A DNA stretch of 64,000 bases from Lingula anatina (GCA_051362555.1 CM120644.1:17878534-17942533), one strand, 5' to 3'; positions 1-21,712 are shown, counted from the first letter of the stretch. The notes: generated by a model not told the origin, from the sequence alone. Numbers and translations: made by a program.

Positions 1-626
1 ATTGTATCGTTATAATTTATATACGTGTTACTAATTGCAGAATCTACTAATTTACCTCTAAAAACTCACATTTTTTATTTATTTCAAGATATGTAACATT
101 ATTGAAAGAGGAGATGGATAAGACATTCTTAAGATTTAAATTGATATTTAAGAGCCAAATAAATTATTTTTATTACATCTTATACCACTGCAGTTGATCA
201 TATGTTAGTATATTCTCTTCTTCAGCAATATTGTCCAAGTTAATCTGACTTTTTAAACAGAATAAAGGATGAGGTTATTTTTTATGACTTTACATGATAT
301 TTTTATCATTCAGTCTTGGGCAAAAATGTTTTAATTATTAGGCTACTAGTTATATGCCCCAAACATAGACGTAAAAAACAGACAATTATTTGTTTAAATT
401 AATTGTCATGTTGTTCCCTGACAGAAACCCTATAGGTTCCTATAGGAATAGGATCATATAGGTTTTTTCGGCCTATTTCAATATGACTCTCTATAGGAAA
501 TTTCTTTTAGGGTAACATAGATGCATCTTGTGCAGTCTGTAAAGTTTCTTATTATTCATTTTATTATCATTATTATTATTATTTTATTTGAACTGATAGG
601 TGATCAACATATTTTTCTATTGCCAG

Positions 627-2693
627 ATCTCCCACAATGCCTGGTGGTTTATTTGCAGCTGATCGCAAATATTTTTTTGACGTCGGTGCCTACGATCCAG
701 GAATGGATGTGTGGGGAGGCGAAAATTTAGAAATCTCTTTTAGGGTGAGACTTGGATTAATATATTTTATTACAATAAATACCTTATTTTCCTCCTTGTT
801 CTTATATGTGCAATTGTATGCTGCTTAGGGGATGCTAAAATAAAGTTCAATATTGAAAGTTTATGAAACAGTTTGTTATTTTATGTGGACAGAACTTTTT
901 TATAACTTTGGTTGGGCTGAGGTCATTGAGGATTGCATGTTCTTTGTAATATTTTGCAATTTTGACACTTTGATTAGCTTGAAGTAATTAAGAGGTTGTG
1001 TTTACTGTTCAGGTCTGGATGTGTGGAGGTAGCCTTGAGTTCATTCCATGCTCAAGAGTAGGTCACATTTTCCGTTCCAGTCATCCTTATACATTCCCAG
1101 GTAAGTAGATTATTCTGTCACAACCAACACACTGTCACAACCAACACAATGGTACACCCAAAACAATGTCACACCAAACACACTGTCACACCTAACACAC
1201 TGTCACAACCAACACAATGGTACACCCAAAACAATGTCACACCAAACACATCATCACTCCTAACACACTAAATCATAACTCTTTTTCAAACCTTACACTG
1301 TAACAACCAACAAACTACCACATAGATCTATGACACACAGTCACTCCTTAAATAATGTAGAAAAAAAGATACAAAACTTATATACAAAAGTCATGGACAC
1401 CATGATCCTTACACTGGCGGTTCAAGGAAAACTGTCATCGTCATTCCAAAAATGGTACAATCAAGCAGATTTTCGAAATGACCTGTATTTTCCTAACATT
1501 GATCACCCCTGATTTTCTAGACAATAGGCCTATTGGTTTTTCTTGAAATATATTTCACAGAAAATTGTAATTAAGGACACTAAACTATAAGTAAACTAAG
1601 ATCCTAAGATATCTGAACAGTTCTAATGTTTGCGTTTCTATCTTTCAGGTAATAAAGACACTCATGGTATAAACTCTATGCGGCTGGCAGAGGTGTGGAT
1701 GGACGAATACAAGAGATTATTTTATATGCACAGAAGAGATCTGTTGGTTAGTTGTTGATCTGCTGTTTTATAAATAGATAGATAATAGACAGATAAATTT
1801 ATTTTATAATATAAATGTAAATAGAAGTAGATAAATATTACTTATGGAGGATAACCCAAAAAGTGTAAACACTTATTTCATTGTGGTCTTCAATAATAAT
1901 AATAATAATAGTATTAATAATAATAATAATGATAAACAACTTGAAGTGAATGTATTATTATAACAGTGTTTCATGTAGAACATGGCAGGTAAAGCAGCAC
2001 CTGTTATAGGTGCCATATGAAGGGAGAACTATATGATGGTAGACTTATGAATGAAATTGAGTGTCAGGTGAATAAACTCCATGCTTGCCTAAGGTGCCAT
2101 TTGCCATTTATAAGCCCATGCCTAGGGCCCCATTCAGAACAGGGGACTAACTAGTCCAAGGGTCAAATATGGTGACCCACAACAACTCTTGCCTTTTAAT
2201 CCTCTAATACACGCATGGATATCCCGTGGGGAAGTATTCAAGTGGGTCGGCCATATTTGACTCTCGGACTAGTTAGTCCCCTATTCTATAAGTGATCTAT
2301 TTGAGAAACAGGAAGTTGATTTTTATCTTACTCTTTATGTAAAGATATTTCATGAAAGAGGTAATTATTTACTTAGATTCTTTTAATTTTGTCTTCATTT
2401 TCATCATAGAAACAAGACATGGGTGATATCTCTGAGAGAAAAGCTCTGCGGGAGAGGTTAAAGTGCAAGAGCTTCAGCTGGTACTTAGAAAATGTATATC
2501 CAGAAAAATTCATCATTGATGAGAAGGTCCTAGCATATGGCATGGTACGTCTCTCTCTCACACACACACATATATATACAAAATAAAATAATAGTTACTT
2601 CTCACCAAGGTTTTTGTTATGTGATGTCAACTAACAGTACATGTAGATGAATTTGAAGCTGTTCAGTGATGAAGGTCACTCACATGCATGCAA

Positions 2694-2739
<46 letters not shown>

Positions 2740-2917
2740 TACTCTCTATTCTCTGATGTATATACGAAATGATATTGTAATTTAAACACAGTGAACTTTT
2801 GTTTTCAAAGGTCCGCAACCCAGGCAGCAATCTTTGTTTAGACACTATGGGGAAAGATGAGAAAACGAGGTTTGATATTGGACTGTTTCATTGTCAGAAT
2901 GGTGCGAGTGCTAATGA

Positions 2918-2957
<40 letters not shown>

Positions 2958-4201
2958 GATAGATAGATAGATAGATAGATATGCAAGAAATACATTTCTC
3001 AATTATTAGTCTTGCAGTGTCATTGCCATCTTGTTAATTGATTAATTAAATTAAGTTATATTGTAATACAATTTGTTTTAGGTTTTCTCGTTAAGCCGAA
3101 AAAATGAGCTCCGTAGGGAAGAAGCATGTTTAGATAGCGTAGGTGCAGAAGGAAGCAAAGTTTCTCTAAACCCTTGTCATGGCCATAAAGGAAATCAGGA
3201 GTGGCGACATCACAAGGTGAGATATTAAAATTACAATAGTACAAGTTATTATTCAGTGACACTTAATTTGAACAAGAAAATTTGTCATATCTAGCACATT
3301 GTAATTATATGTCATTGTCATTATATATTTTTATATGTGACAGTTTATATCCAGCATTTTGTCACATCTAATATGCTGTATTGTCACACATAACAGATTG
3401 TAATAACTAGCAAATGGTCACATCTGGCATATTGTTGCATGTATTTGTTTGAAACATGCATTAAATGTAAATTGCGCCTGATCTTAAGCTGCACTACTGG
3501 TGAAATGCAGTATTTCTGGTAAGGTGGACATTTAAGGTTTTTATTTGTATTTCAAATCAGTTCCATCCTAACGTTCTTTCTTTAAATTAATTAATTAATC
3601 TTGTTCAATCTGTTTGGCATACTACCCTATGCCTGAAATTCCAAGAAACATATTTTTTAAAGCATTTAAAAATTTATTGATATAAGCATTTAAAGAATTT
3701 ATTGATCCATGAAAATTTCATAATAATATATACATATTAAGATGGCAAATCACATCAAATCTAGGAGATGTATTCGATGTATCTTAAGGCTCTATTCCCA
3801 TAGATTTTAGATCGATCTATCCCCATGGGGAGTCTCACTAGATTACTTTCAGATAATCCGACTTAAATGTCCGTCCCGCCTACTACAAGCTGTAAGGGGG
3901 TAATTAACTTTCGCGTCCGCCCGGCTGACAGCTATTTAGCGTGAACCCCCAGGGAGTTAGGTCGATCTAAAGTAGGTCGATCTAATCTATGGAAATGGGG
4001 TGTAAGTGATATGAAGTATATTTAGAAATGTTTTCAGACTGTTCCCCCTCTTTGTTCCAGGACTCGGGCGTGATTGTCCATGTTCCCAGTGGCAAATGTC
4101 TGGACGTCAGTGGACTCAAAAGTGGGGACAGCGTCCAGCTGAAAAAGTGCAATGGAGGCAATGACCAAAAATGGACCATAGAACACTACTTAGACATCTG
4201 A
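627..4201 (+). CDS. GALNT: Polypeptide N-acetylgalactosaminyltransferase (GALNT family), 3' part: end of the GT27 catalytic domain plus ricin-B lectin domain; 5' exons lie upstream of the window
   Basis: GT-AG exons at 627-744, 1013-1100, 1649-1746, 2410-2544, 2811-2918, 3082-3216 and 4061-4201 (stop TGA 4199-4201) join in frame. They give [60 protein letters not shown]...[11 protein letters not shown]...[16 protein letters not shown], followed by three CLD-containing lectin repeats (NEVF, NQEW, DQKW). The exact paralog cannot be assigned. Confidence 0.96.
1115..1320. repeat. Degenerate 18-20 bp tandem repeat (CTGTCACAACCAACACA) in a GALNT intron
   Basis: Directly visible repeated units. Confidence 0.8.
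3788..4002 (+). mobile_element. PIF/Harbinger-type MITE, family A (about 215 bp)
   Basis: Imperfect TIRs GGCTCTATTCCCATAGAT / ATCTATGGAAATGGGGTG, TSD TAA, subterminal GATCGATCT motifs; about 5 differences from the copy at 31286-31500. Confidence 0.9.
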
Positions 4202-4290
4202 GTTTGACAGTTTTTAAAGATGTGTTGAAAGTGGAATTTTTGTCACAAAACTATTAGATGCCACCGTATAGTTTCAAAAAGTAGAACTTC

Positions 4291-4504
4291 CCACCATTCC
4301 CACAGATATTTGAATCGATCTATCTCCACACTAAATTGCTATCTGCTATTGGCGAGGCCAAGCGTGCAAGAAAGTTAATTACCCCCTAGCTGATTCAGTA
4401 GGCATGGCAGACATTTAAGCCTCTTCAGCTGATAACAATTTAGCATGAACCCCCAGGGAGTTAGGTCAATCCAGATGGATCGATCTAGGCATGGGAATCC
4501 AGTC
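4291..4504 (+). mobile_element. MITE family A variant in the probable GALNT 3' UTR
   Basis: ACCATTCCCACAGATATTTGAATCGATCTAT...GATCGATCTAGGCATGGGAATCCAGTC; similar to 15470 and 31793. Confidence 0.8.
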
Positions 4505-6345
4505 TTAGATAAATACCAAAAGACATATTTCATATTTCCCCAAAAAATATATATACCAACGAATTTTCTGCTTTCTTTCTGTGCTATGAATATCCCTCAG
4601 CTGTCTCATTTGAATGAATATGCAAATGCCCACAGCTAGACATCCATACATGGAAGTGAGTGTGGTGACTATGCAAATTATGACCCAAAATTTGAAGAAG
4701 GTGCACTTTTACATTAACTTTTTGGCTGAATGAGAGATTAATTTGGTTTATGACTTGGCATGTTCACTTTATTTTAGTAGTATAAGAAACTAGTCTGCAT
4801 GCCTTAGTGGAAATCGTGGCACACTTTATATGTATCTTTAAAAAAGGGTTATTTTTTAGATTCAGGGACTGGCTTCACCAAAAAAAAGGACTTTAAAACG
4901 AAAGTCTTGGTCAACTTAAATTCAGGATAGCTGGGTTCAGGTCCGTTCAAATATGATTATATCAGCGTTTCAAAAAGTTCACCTTGTCAACTTTTTATGA
5001 AACCTTAAAGTCAAGAACTACTATCAGTTTAAGTTCCTCTACCAACTGACCCCAGATAACGACCTTCCAAACTGACCAATGTCAGTACTTTTGTACTCTG
5101 TGGATTGGAGTTCATTGACGGACATTTCATGACCACATCTGCGTGAAAAATGTTAAGCGACACCATGAAGATAGCAGGAAAGATATTTCTGTCAATCTAA
5201 AAAAGACAGGTCGAAATTGTAGGCTTCACTAAAAGACTAATTGCTATGATTCCTCATTTATCAAAGCAGATCAAATTATTAGTCCTTAACTCTAGACCAG
5301 TTACAATTTAAGTTCCTCAGGCTGGCTGCCAACGACGTTAGACCCCCCCCCCCCCAAGTGACCAATGCTAGTGCTGCTGTACCGTGGAAATGGTTCGTTG
5401 ACACCCTATCCAGCCTATTATTGCCTTTTAATTTTTCTGCCATTGATGGCCAACATGTAAAAAGAAGCACACACTGAATATGCAGGCAAAGATGGTTTTC
5501 TGTCTAGACAAATTATAGAATTCCATTAAGGCAAATTGAGTTTTATTAATTTTGATACTGTTTTATCTTCCTTGTAATTTTTTGTAGCTATGTTGAATCT
5601 TCAATGCGTTACCTACTTTTTGTTGGTAAACGTCCTATGGCAAAGATTTTGTGTAACTTAGTTAAATCTTCGGTGCGCTAGTTGTTTTTGTCAGTAAATG
5701 ACTAGACGTTCGACCGTCGTAGCAAATTTATGATTTGAGTGAGTAAAAGACTGAACTTTTATTATGATTAAACGTGTCATTTCCAGGCTTTTGAACCAAT
5801 TGGAGTTTTTTAAAACAGTTTTGTTAAAACACTTCGTATTGCTAATATGTGCAAACTGTGAAGATTTTTTTCCATCGAGAATTTGCCTTTGCTGAAATAT
5901 GCAAAAATAATGCGGATAGAAGGGACTGAGTTTTTTCAACTTCGAAACAAAAGATGTCAAGTTAAGATGCTTTATAATTATTCACATTTTTACAATTTAT
6001 GAAATATATATGAAAGAACCTTATATTGTATGTTGTTGTGCATATCGGTATCTTAAGCTATACTAATAAACTGGAAGATCGTGAAAGCAAGATATCATTG
6101 AAACCCGTCCTTAAAGTGGTAAATACCCTTACAATGATAAAAGTGAGGAGTGGCACTTTTAAGTAGAGCTTCTTTTGCTCCCTGCGACAGATCATCTATA
6201 TATAACAAACAAAAACTGACAAAAAATGAGAACTGTTCAAACCTCACACTTGTGATAAGGATTTATATGTGCAGAACGCGTTCTACGTAGATAGATCCAA
6301 CTCCCGAGGGAACTCTCATTGAATTAAATCAAAATAACAGATTAA

Positions 6346-6632
6346 GGCTTCGTTCACATGAAAAATCTATTTTCTAAAAATCTATTTTCTATTCGCGGTA
6401 TCTTGTGATCACGGTCTGTGCCCTGAATACCCCGCAGCGTAATTACTGGCAGCGCGAGCCTGTTACTTCCAAAGCTGTAATTAATTCTCGGCTGCGCTCG
6501 GAGGAGATTCTGTAACTGGCTCGCGCTGCCAGTAATTACGCCGCGGGATATTCAGGGCACAGACCGTGATCACAAGCTACCGCGAATAGAAAATAGATTT
6601 TTTGAAAATAGACTTTCCATGTGAACGGTCCC
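6346..6632. mobile_element. Foldback MITE with about 120-bp near-perfect inverted arms, nested in a family B MITE (about 6280-6789)
   Basis: GGCTTCGTTCACATG...CATGTGAACGGTCCC with TSD TAA. Confidence 0.9.
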
Positions 6633-8112
6633 TAACACGCCTCCTCTTGTTTCCATTGTACTCGTATAATCACCAGCGTTTCTGTATTCTTGTGAACGCC
6701 AGGCGGAGGCGAGTTTATTTGTTTGCATTCAGCGAGAGTCACCGTGGAGTTGGATCTACGTAGAATGATAGTTTCATTGGGGATGGGCCTTAACTGCTAT
6801 GACTTATCATTTGTCAAAAATGATAGAAAAAGAAGTCCAAGTCAAAAAACAGTTTCATTTTGGGTTTCTTCAGCAGACAGACCAATGCTAGTGCCCTTTA
6901 CCAGACAAATACCCTTGTACTTGCATTTTTCTGTAACGTGTGCAAAACAGTCCCTTCATTTAACCACAGACAACCATCTGTGAATGTCAAGTGAAAATCA
7001 ATCTGTGTTCCTGGTAGAGGGTAGTGCTTTTGTACCGTGAAGGTTGAGTTCGTTGACCGCCTGTCTGGCCTTTTATAGCCTTTTCTTTCTTCTGCCGTTG
7101 ATGGTAAACATGGCGTAAAAAGAAATATACACTGAAGATGCAGGGAAGGATAACGTTTTCTGTCTAGACAAGTACGTTATATTTAAGAATTTTGTCCAGT
7201 CGATTCATAGTATAGAAATGACTTTCGACAAGAGTATCCCTGCACGGTTCGCTTGTCATGGGACTGTTATAGAATTCCATTAATAAGGCAACTGAGTTTT
7301 AATAATTTTGATATCGTTTATGAAAACTGACCAATGTTAGTACTTCTGAACTCTGTGGAGATTATAGACCACCATTCCATGACCACATCTGCGTGAAATT
7401 TGCAAGCGACACCATGAAGATAGAAGGAAAGATATGGCTGTCAATCTAAAAAAGACAGGTCGAAATTGTAGATTTCACTAAAAGACTTATTCCTATGATT
7501 GCTCATATATCAAAGCAGATCAAAATATTAGTCCTTAAGTCTAGACCAGTTACATATGAGTTGGTTCTGTAAAAAAAATCAATTGTTCCTTCTCGGCGTC
7601 GTCATCGTGAGACTGCAATAAACAGTCCAGGCATGAAACTTATTATCACTGTTAACCATCAGAATTGTTTTAAATTGTATGAAATCTAGAAGTCACTGCG
7701 AGAAATGAGCTCGAAAAGAAGACGGAAGTTGAAAAACCATCACTTAAATGATCGTTAAATATTTTTTATCTCCCCAAATGTCAAGAAAGGAGGATCACAG
7801 GTTTGTTCGACGAAGAAAAATGCCGATAACCCAATTACTACTTCGAGTTTTTCTTCCTTAGGAAAACATAACACTGTCCACCGTTAAGTCAAGAAGGACT
7901 GTCAGTTTTAGTTCTTCGACCAACTGATATCAGATAAAGACCTTCCAAACTGACCAATGTCAGTTCTTTTGTACTGTATGGGGTCCATTGACCACCATTT
8001 AATGCTCACATCTGCGTGAAAAATTCAAGCGACACCATGAAGATAGAAGGAAAGATATCGCTTGCAATCTCGATAAAGACATCAAAATTGTAGACTTCAA
8101 TTAACGGCAAAA

Positions 8113-8854
8113 GGCTCGTTCCCAATAAAACTTTCGTTCTATGCAGATCGATCGAACTCCGCGGGGAATCTCACTGAATGAAATATAGCAGATTAGCTCC
8201 GCTTGTTCCCGACACACTCGGATAATCACCAGGGCCCAGTTTCATCAACACCGGATAGCGCTATCCTCTGGCTAACACTATATCCACTGGATAAAATTGT
8301 TACCCTCTGGACGCTTACCCTGCGGGTAAAATAATGTTTTCTAATCCCTAGATACTTATTTATGCCTCTGATATTGCTACCCAGTGGTTAAAATTGGCTG
8401 ATATCATCTGGAGAACTGTCCAATTTCATCCAGTGGATGGTGTTATCCTCAGGATAGCGCTATCCAGTGTTAAAACTGGGCCCAGGTTTACTACTCAACG
8501 CCAGGAGGGGCGTGTTTATTGTTATACTGATCTGCGGACTAAATATGGCAGTCCCCACTGAAAAGCAATACCGAAAAATCTCTGAATGGTCTCCCCGCTT
8601 CCACACGCGTCTACCCTACAGGGGCCTAGCAATTTTAATTGGTTAAAAACCTCGAAGTCGAAATTTAATCCGTGTGGAGGCAGGGAGACCATATGAGGAT
8701 TAGGTGGTCTTGCTTTCATGTAGGGTCCGCCATATTTGATTTGCGGATCAGTTGGTCCGAGGCTCATTTGGTTTGAATGCGACCTATCTGTTGGCATTCA
8801 GCTATAGTCGCTGTTGGAACTACGTAGAACGATTAGTTTCATTGGGAACGGGCC
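8113..8854 (+). mobile_element. MITE family B host with nested insertions (8233-8482, TSD CAG; about 8525-8790, family C-like)
   Basis: GGCTCGTTCCCAAT...ATTGGGAACGGGCC ends; the inner element is GGCCCAGTTT...AAACTGGGCC. Other family B copies at 22489-22724, about 25292, about 30060 and about 35376. Confidence 0.8.
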
Positions 8855-8903
8855 CTAACTGCTATGATTTCTCATTTGTCAAAAAAAAGAGAGAAAAGTC
8901 TAA

Positions 8904-9084
8904 GGGCGCATTCCCATAGATTTTAGATCGATCTATCCCCGGCTTAAATGTCCGTCCCGCCTACTACAAGCTGTAAGGGGGTAATTAACTTCCGCGCGCG
9001 GTCGGCTGACTGCAAATTTAGCGTGAACCCCCTGGGAGTTAGGTCGATCTAGTAAGATCGATCTAAATATCTGGAAATGCCCTC
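8904..9084 (+). mobile_element. MITE family A
   Basis: TIRs and TSD TAA/TAG; absent from the paralogous site at about 6835 (empty site). Confidence 0.88.
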
Positions 9085-12060
9085 TAGGTCAAAACCAGTT
9101 TCATTTTGGTTTTCTCCAGCAGACAGGCTAATGCTAGTGCTTTCGTACCCTCTGCCAGACAAATCCCCCGGCGCATGCACTTTTCTGTAACGTGTGCAGA
9201 AAAAGTTCCATTATTTAACGAGTGACGTATCAGTGGAAATCATGTGAAAAATCAATCTGTGTAATTGGTAGAGGGCAGTGCTTTTGTACCGTGAGATCGA
9301 GTTCGTTGACCGCCTGTCTGGCCTTTTATAGCCCATTCTTTCTTCTATCATTGATGGACAACAAGGCGTAAAAAGAAATATACATTGAAGATGCAGGAAA
9401 GTATTACGTTTTCTGTCTAGACAAGTACGTTATATTTAAGAATTTAGACCAGTGGCTTCATAGTAGACAAATGGCTTTCGACAAGAGTACCCTGGAAGGT
9501 TCGCTTGTCTTGGGACGCTTATAGAATTCCATTATTAAGACAACTGAGTTTTAAAAATTTTGATATTGTTTTATAAAGTTAGTATTTGTTGTGATTTTGT
9601 TGTATTTGCGATGCACCGCCATCTTTTTGTCAGTAAATGTCCTATGTCAAAGTTTTTTTTTTTTTTTTTTTTTTTTTGTAACTAAGTTGAATTCTCTGAG
9701 CGCTACCAGGATTTCTTATTGAATGCCTATGTCAAAGTTTTTAACATTTGAGTGGGTAAAAAACAGTTTTAATACTGTATTGTTAATATGTGCAAACTGT
9801 AAGAAGATTTTTACCATCAAGAATTGTTTTGTTTTTTTTTTTAAATATGCGAATAAAATGCATGCAGCAGGGAGTTTTTTGTCAAACTTCAAAACAAAAA
9901 TAATGTCTAATGTAGATGCTTTATTATAATTGACATTTGTGTTATGCAATTGTCATAATATATTATCTGTGCTTTAACATTAACCATCAAATGGTACAGT
10001 TAAATTAGAAAATATCTATACAAGAGAATTCATAAAATAAGCAAATATGGTAAATGCACTGCCACGTTTCTACATAAAAAGTTATAAAAATATATATATA
10101 TATATATAACAATTATACTGTTATTATGCATACCGTTATCTTAAGCTGAACTAATATATTTGAAGATCGTGGTAGCAAAATGTCTGAAACCGTAAGTGAT
10201 AAATAATTAAGGAGCTGAATAGGGATAACAACTCTCTGTATGAAATCCATATTTCACAAAAAAAAAAAAAACATTGTAAACAACCCAAGGAAATATAATA
10301 TATTCTATTTCCCACCAAAAATGGAATTTAAAGCAATTATTCTAAAATCTGTGCTTGTCATCCGACCATGTGACCTCCATCGATGGCTATAGTCTGTAAT
10401 AATCTCTTAAGACTAAATTTGAAAGTAGAAATGGATTCATTTACCATTGGTAAGAATGGAAAAATTGTTGTTTACCCCAGGAAAATTCGTTATTGGCCAA
10501 AATGAACAGTTGTTATCCCTTTTAGTAGAGCTACTTTTGCTCCATAAGACCGTCATCTATATAACAAACAAAAAATGACAAAAATAATGAGAACTAATTT
10601 AACTAAATGCACTTTGTAACGGATATATGTGCAAAACTCCCACAGCAGTGTGAGGTCCAGTGTTTAAGTGCGAAAACACCAGGCGTTGGCGTCTTGTTGC
10701 TGTCAAACAAATTCTGAGGAACATTTTTTTTTTTTTTTTTTTTTTTTTTTGAGAAACACCTCACCTTACTCAAAATATTGCGTCATCTGTACATGACAGT
10801 ACCACTAACAAAAAAAAAGTCGTGGAAACTAACGGTCAGATAAAAGTAAAAATGTAGGCTACTCAAATACTCAAAAGGCCTGTCGCTTCTTATTGTAACT
10901 ATTTGCGTCTGCTATCCTTTCGTAACATGGCTTTGTTCCGTAAAGTAAAGAAAAAAAATCGTCAAGTCTTTTTTTGGCTTCCTCACCGTCGGCAATGAGC
11001 AGTTCGTATATTAAACATGTGTGTTGCCAGAATAAGTACACGTCTGTCTCAGGGAGGTGGATGCTACTGGTAACTGCCAAATAAAATGAAACTTCGTTCA
11101 AGTATTTGAAGTAAAAATAACTAATATGACGACTTTAATGATATCATTTCACTGGTGAACCATCTATTTTCACGAGACCACATTTGGCGAGCGTAATATA
11201 CGTAAACCTTTTACATGTCACTTCCACGTTTAATACAAAACCCCATTACGATTCATATATTCTCAATTAATTGCCATCATTTAGATATGATGTAAGATAA
11301 ACTTTTCTAAAGGAACTCAAAATGCTACTTTCCGTTCTTCACAGGGGCGGGTTTAGGCCGTCTTCTGGGACTTCCGGAAGACGGTCAGATTTTCAAGTTT
11401 ACATTGACGGGTATATATTTTTCTGTCGGAAGACGGTCAAAAACGGAGGATGGATCAACAAAGACAATTTGGAAGACTGTCAGAAAAAAGCTCTGGATCC
11501 GCCCCTGCTTCATATATACGCCAAACGTTATTTTCTTATATATGAGTAGAGTTCAAAACTGATTAAAAGCTAATCAATTTGGAAATTGAGAACGGTGGAT
11601 TGAAGAAAATGTTGTTAAGCCTGACATATATGGCACAGCCAAACTCTATCTTACTACAGAGAATCCTTCAGCCACCTCACAAGTTCGCTTCACCAATGAA
11701 ACGTCATGATCTACATGGGGTTGGACAAAATGGGTTCAGTTTCACAAGAGTACATGAGTGGTCTTCACTATAATACCGAAGGTTTTGGACAAAAGTTAAA
11801 GCTTGGGTGAATCCTTTTAAATAGACTTTCGGTCAAACGATTTCTTATCTGATGTTGAAAGATAGGCCCACTATTGTCAACTCAGTGGAAAACTACCCTT
11901 TTTTTTTTTTTTTTTTTTTTTTGTTTTTGTTTTTGTTTTTTTAGTCAATTTTTAAGAGGGGACCGGGAGGTATTATAGTTATAACCAAACTTCAAAGTTT
12001 AAAGTTCTCATGCCAAACGGGTTCCCAAAAGTACTTATTCTGACATTTCTATCCAATCAG

Positions 12061-20331
<8,271 letters not shown>

Positions 20332-20596
20332 ACTTATACAGATATCTTCTTCGGCTTCTTCGCAATAAGACCTATGAACAAAGAGAAAAAAATGTGTCAA
20401 AGAAAACCATGTAATCTTTCGTTAGAAGAGTTTGATTTTCCAATTTGTTTTACATTCCAAAAAGCCACGTCTTGCAATCTGGAACTAGTGTGTCGGTTGG
20501 TCTTCAGTCCGTTGTTGCTTTTTCGACACCGGACTGCGTATTGTTAGGAGGGCTGTCCATATTATATTCCACACCGGCTCTTAAAAACGCGGCTAT

Positions 20597-20822
20597 GAGT
20601 GCATTCCCATAGATTTTTAGATCGATCTATCCCCGTGGGGAGTCTCACTAGATTGTTGTCAGTCTGACCGGCTTAAATGTCTGTCCCGCCTACTAAAAGC
20701 TGTAAGGGGGTAATTAACTTTTGTGCGCACTCGTCTCTCGGAACCTGACAGCAATTTAGCGTGAATCCCCAAGGAGTAAGGTCGATCCGGATAGATCCAT
20801 CTAAATCTATGGGAACCCAGTC
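20597..20822 (+). mobile_element. MITE family A
   Basis: TIRs and TSD TAT. Confidence 0.88.
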
Positions 20823-21416
20823 TATGAGACTATCTAATTGCCATGCCTACTGGATGGAAATCGCCATGATAATGATGAACATTTTAGGGAGTTTATCATA
20901 TGTCGAAATCAGAGTTGAGGCTAGGCCACAGGATCAAATTAATGATAAACCAGATCGTATTGTAACTTAGGCCAACTACTTGGGCCTCGTAATTGTTCCG
21001 ATGGTCAAGATGACCCGTGTTTGATCCCGCGTTAATGACCATTATGCTGTTGATGCTCTTGGAACGAGTATCGGGTACATGTGCACGTTGTGGCAGGGTG
21101 CATGCATGCACAAGAAATAATGATGATAATACTAATGATAATGAAATATATGTATTTATCGTCATCCAAACCAACAGGGTGAAACGATTGTACAATGTAC
21201 AGGTCCCTTTTTTTTTCAAATCTGATAACTGCTGGCTATTGCAATTTCCGTCTGGTCTTCGTCGAAAGAAAGAAGTTGTTATACATGAAAATTCTCAAAC
21301 ACAAGCCTAAAATTTTCCGTACCGTTAGCTTACATTTTTGCTCAAAGAAGTTGTTGTATGACAATCCAGGGCTATCGGCTGTCGGGGTAGGAAGCAGGAG
21401 CAGAGGTTAAACCCTC

Positions 21417-21712
21417 GCCTCACCCCTCCCCACCACACCCAACCCCACCCTTACCCCACCCCACCCCCATCCTACCCCCACCCCAACCCAATCTACCCCA
21501 CCCCACCCTCCGCTACCCCACCCTACCCCACCACACCACACCCAACCCCACCCTTACCCCACCCACCCCCATCCTACCCCCACCCCAACCCAATCTACCC
21601 CACCCCACCCTCCGCTACCCCACCCTACCCCACCACACCACACCACACCACACCCTACCCCACCCACCCTAACCCACACCCACCCTACCCCACCCTACCT
21701 CCACCCCCAACC
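21417..21712. repeat. C-rich (ACCCC/TACCC)n low-complexity tract with G-quadruplex potential on the minus strand
   Basis: About 300 bp of CCC(C) runs with an internal duplication. Confidence 0.85.

Larger units (their letters stand above)
5000..11100 (-). pseudogene. Tandem, fragmented copies of a decayed coding gene, probably Mab-21/cGLR-like
   Basis: Paralogous blocks: 5005-5305, 7324-7555 and 7884-8100; 5360-6270 and 9125-10630; 6790-7320 and 8855-9570. Minus-strand translations with stops and frameshifts retain DGFQ*YLAFTIFQ...IQYKVLSYIF (about 6110-6000), LKKLSPFYPHYF (about 5940-5905), IFAYFMNSLV (about 10050-10020), DDDA...FFYRTNSYVTGLDL (about 7605-7535) and KARQAVNELDLTVQKH (about 9325-9280). 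These resemble Mab-21 C-terminal and molluscan cGLR tail motifs. Confidence 0.5.

Noticed and set aside
7324-8100. Possible DIRS reverse transcriptase or LRR remnant (RYLSFYLHG; VTGLDLRTN)
   Set aside because: No LPFG/YLDD motifs or repeated LRR pattern follow; surrounding motifs fit a cGLR-like tail better.
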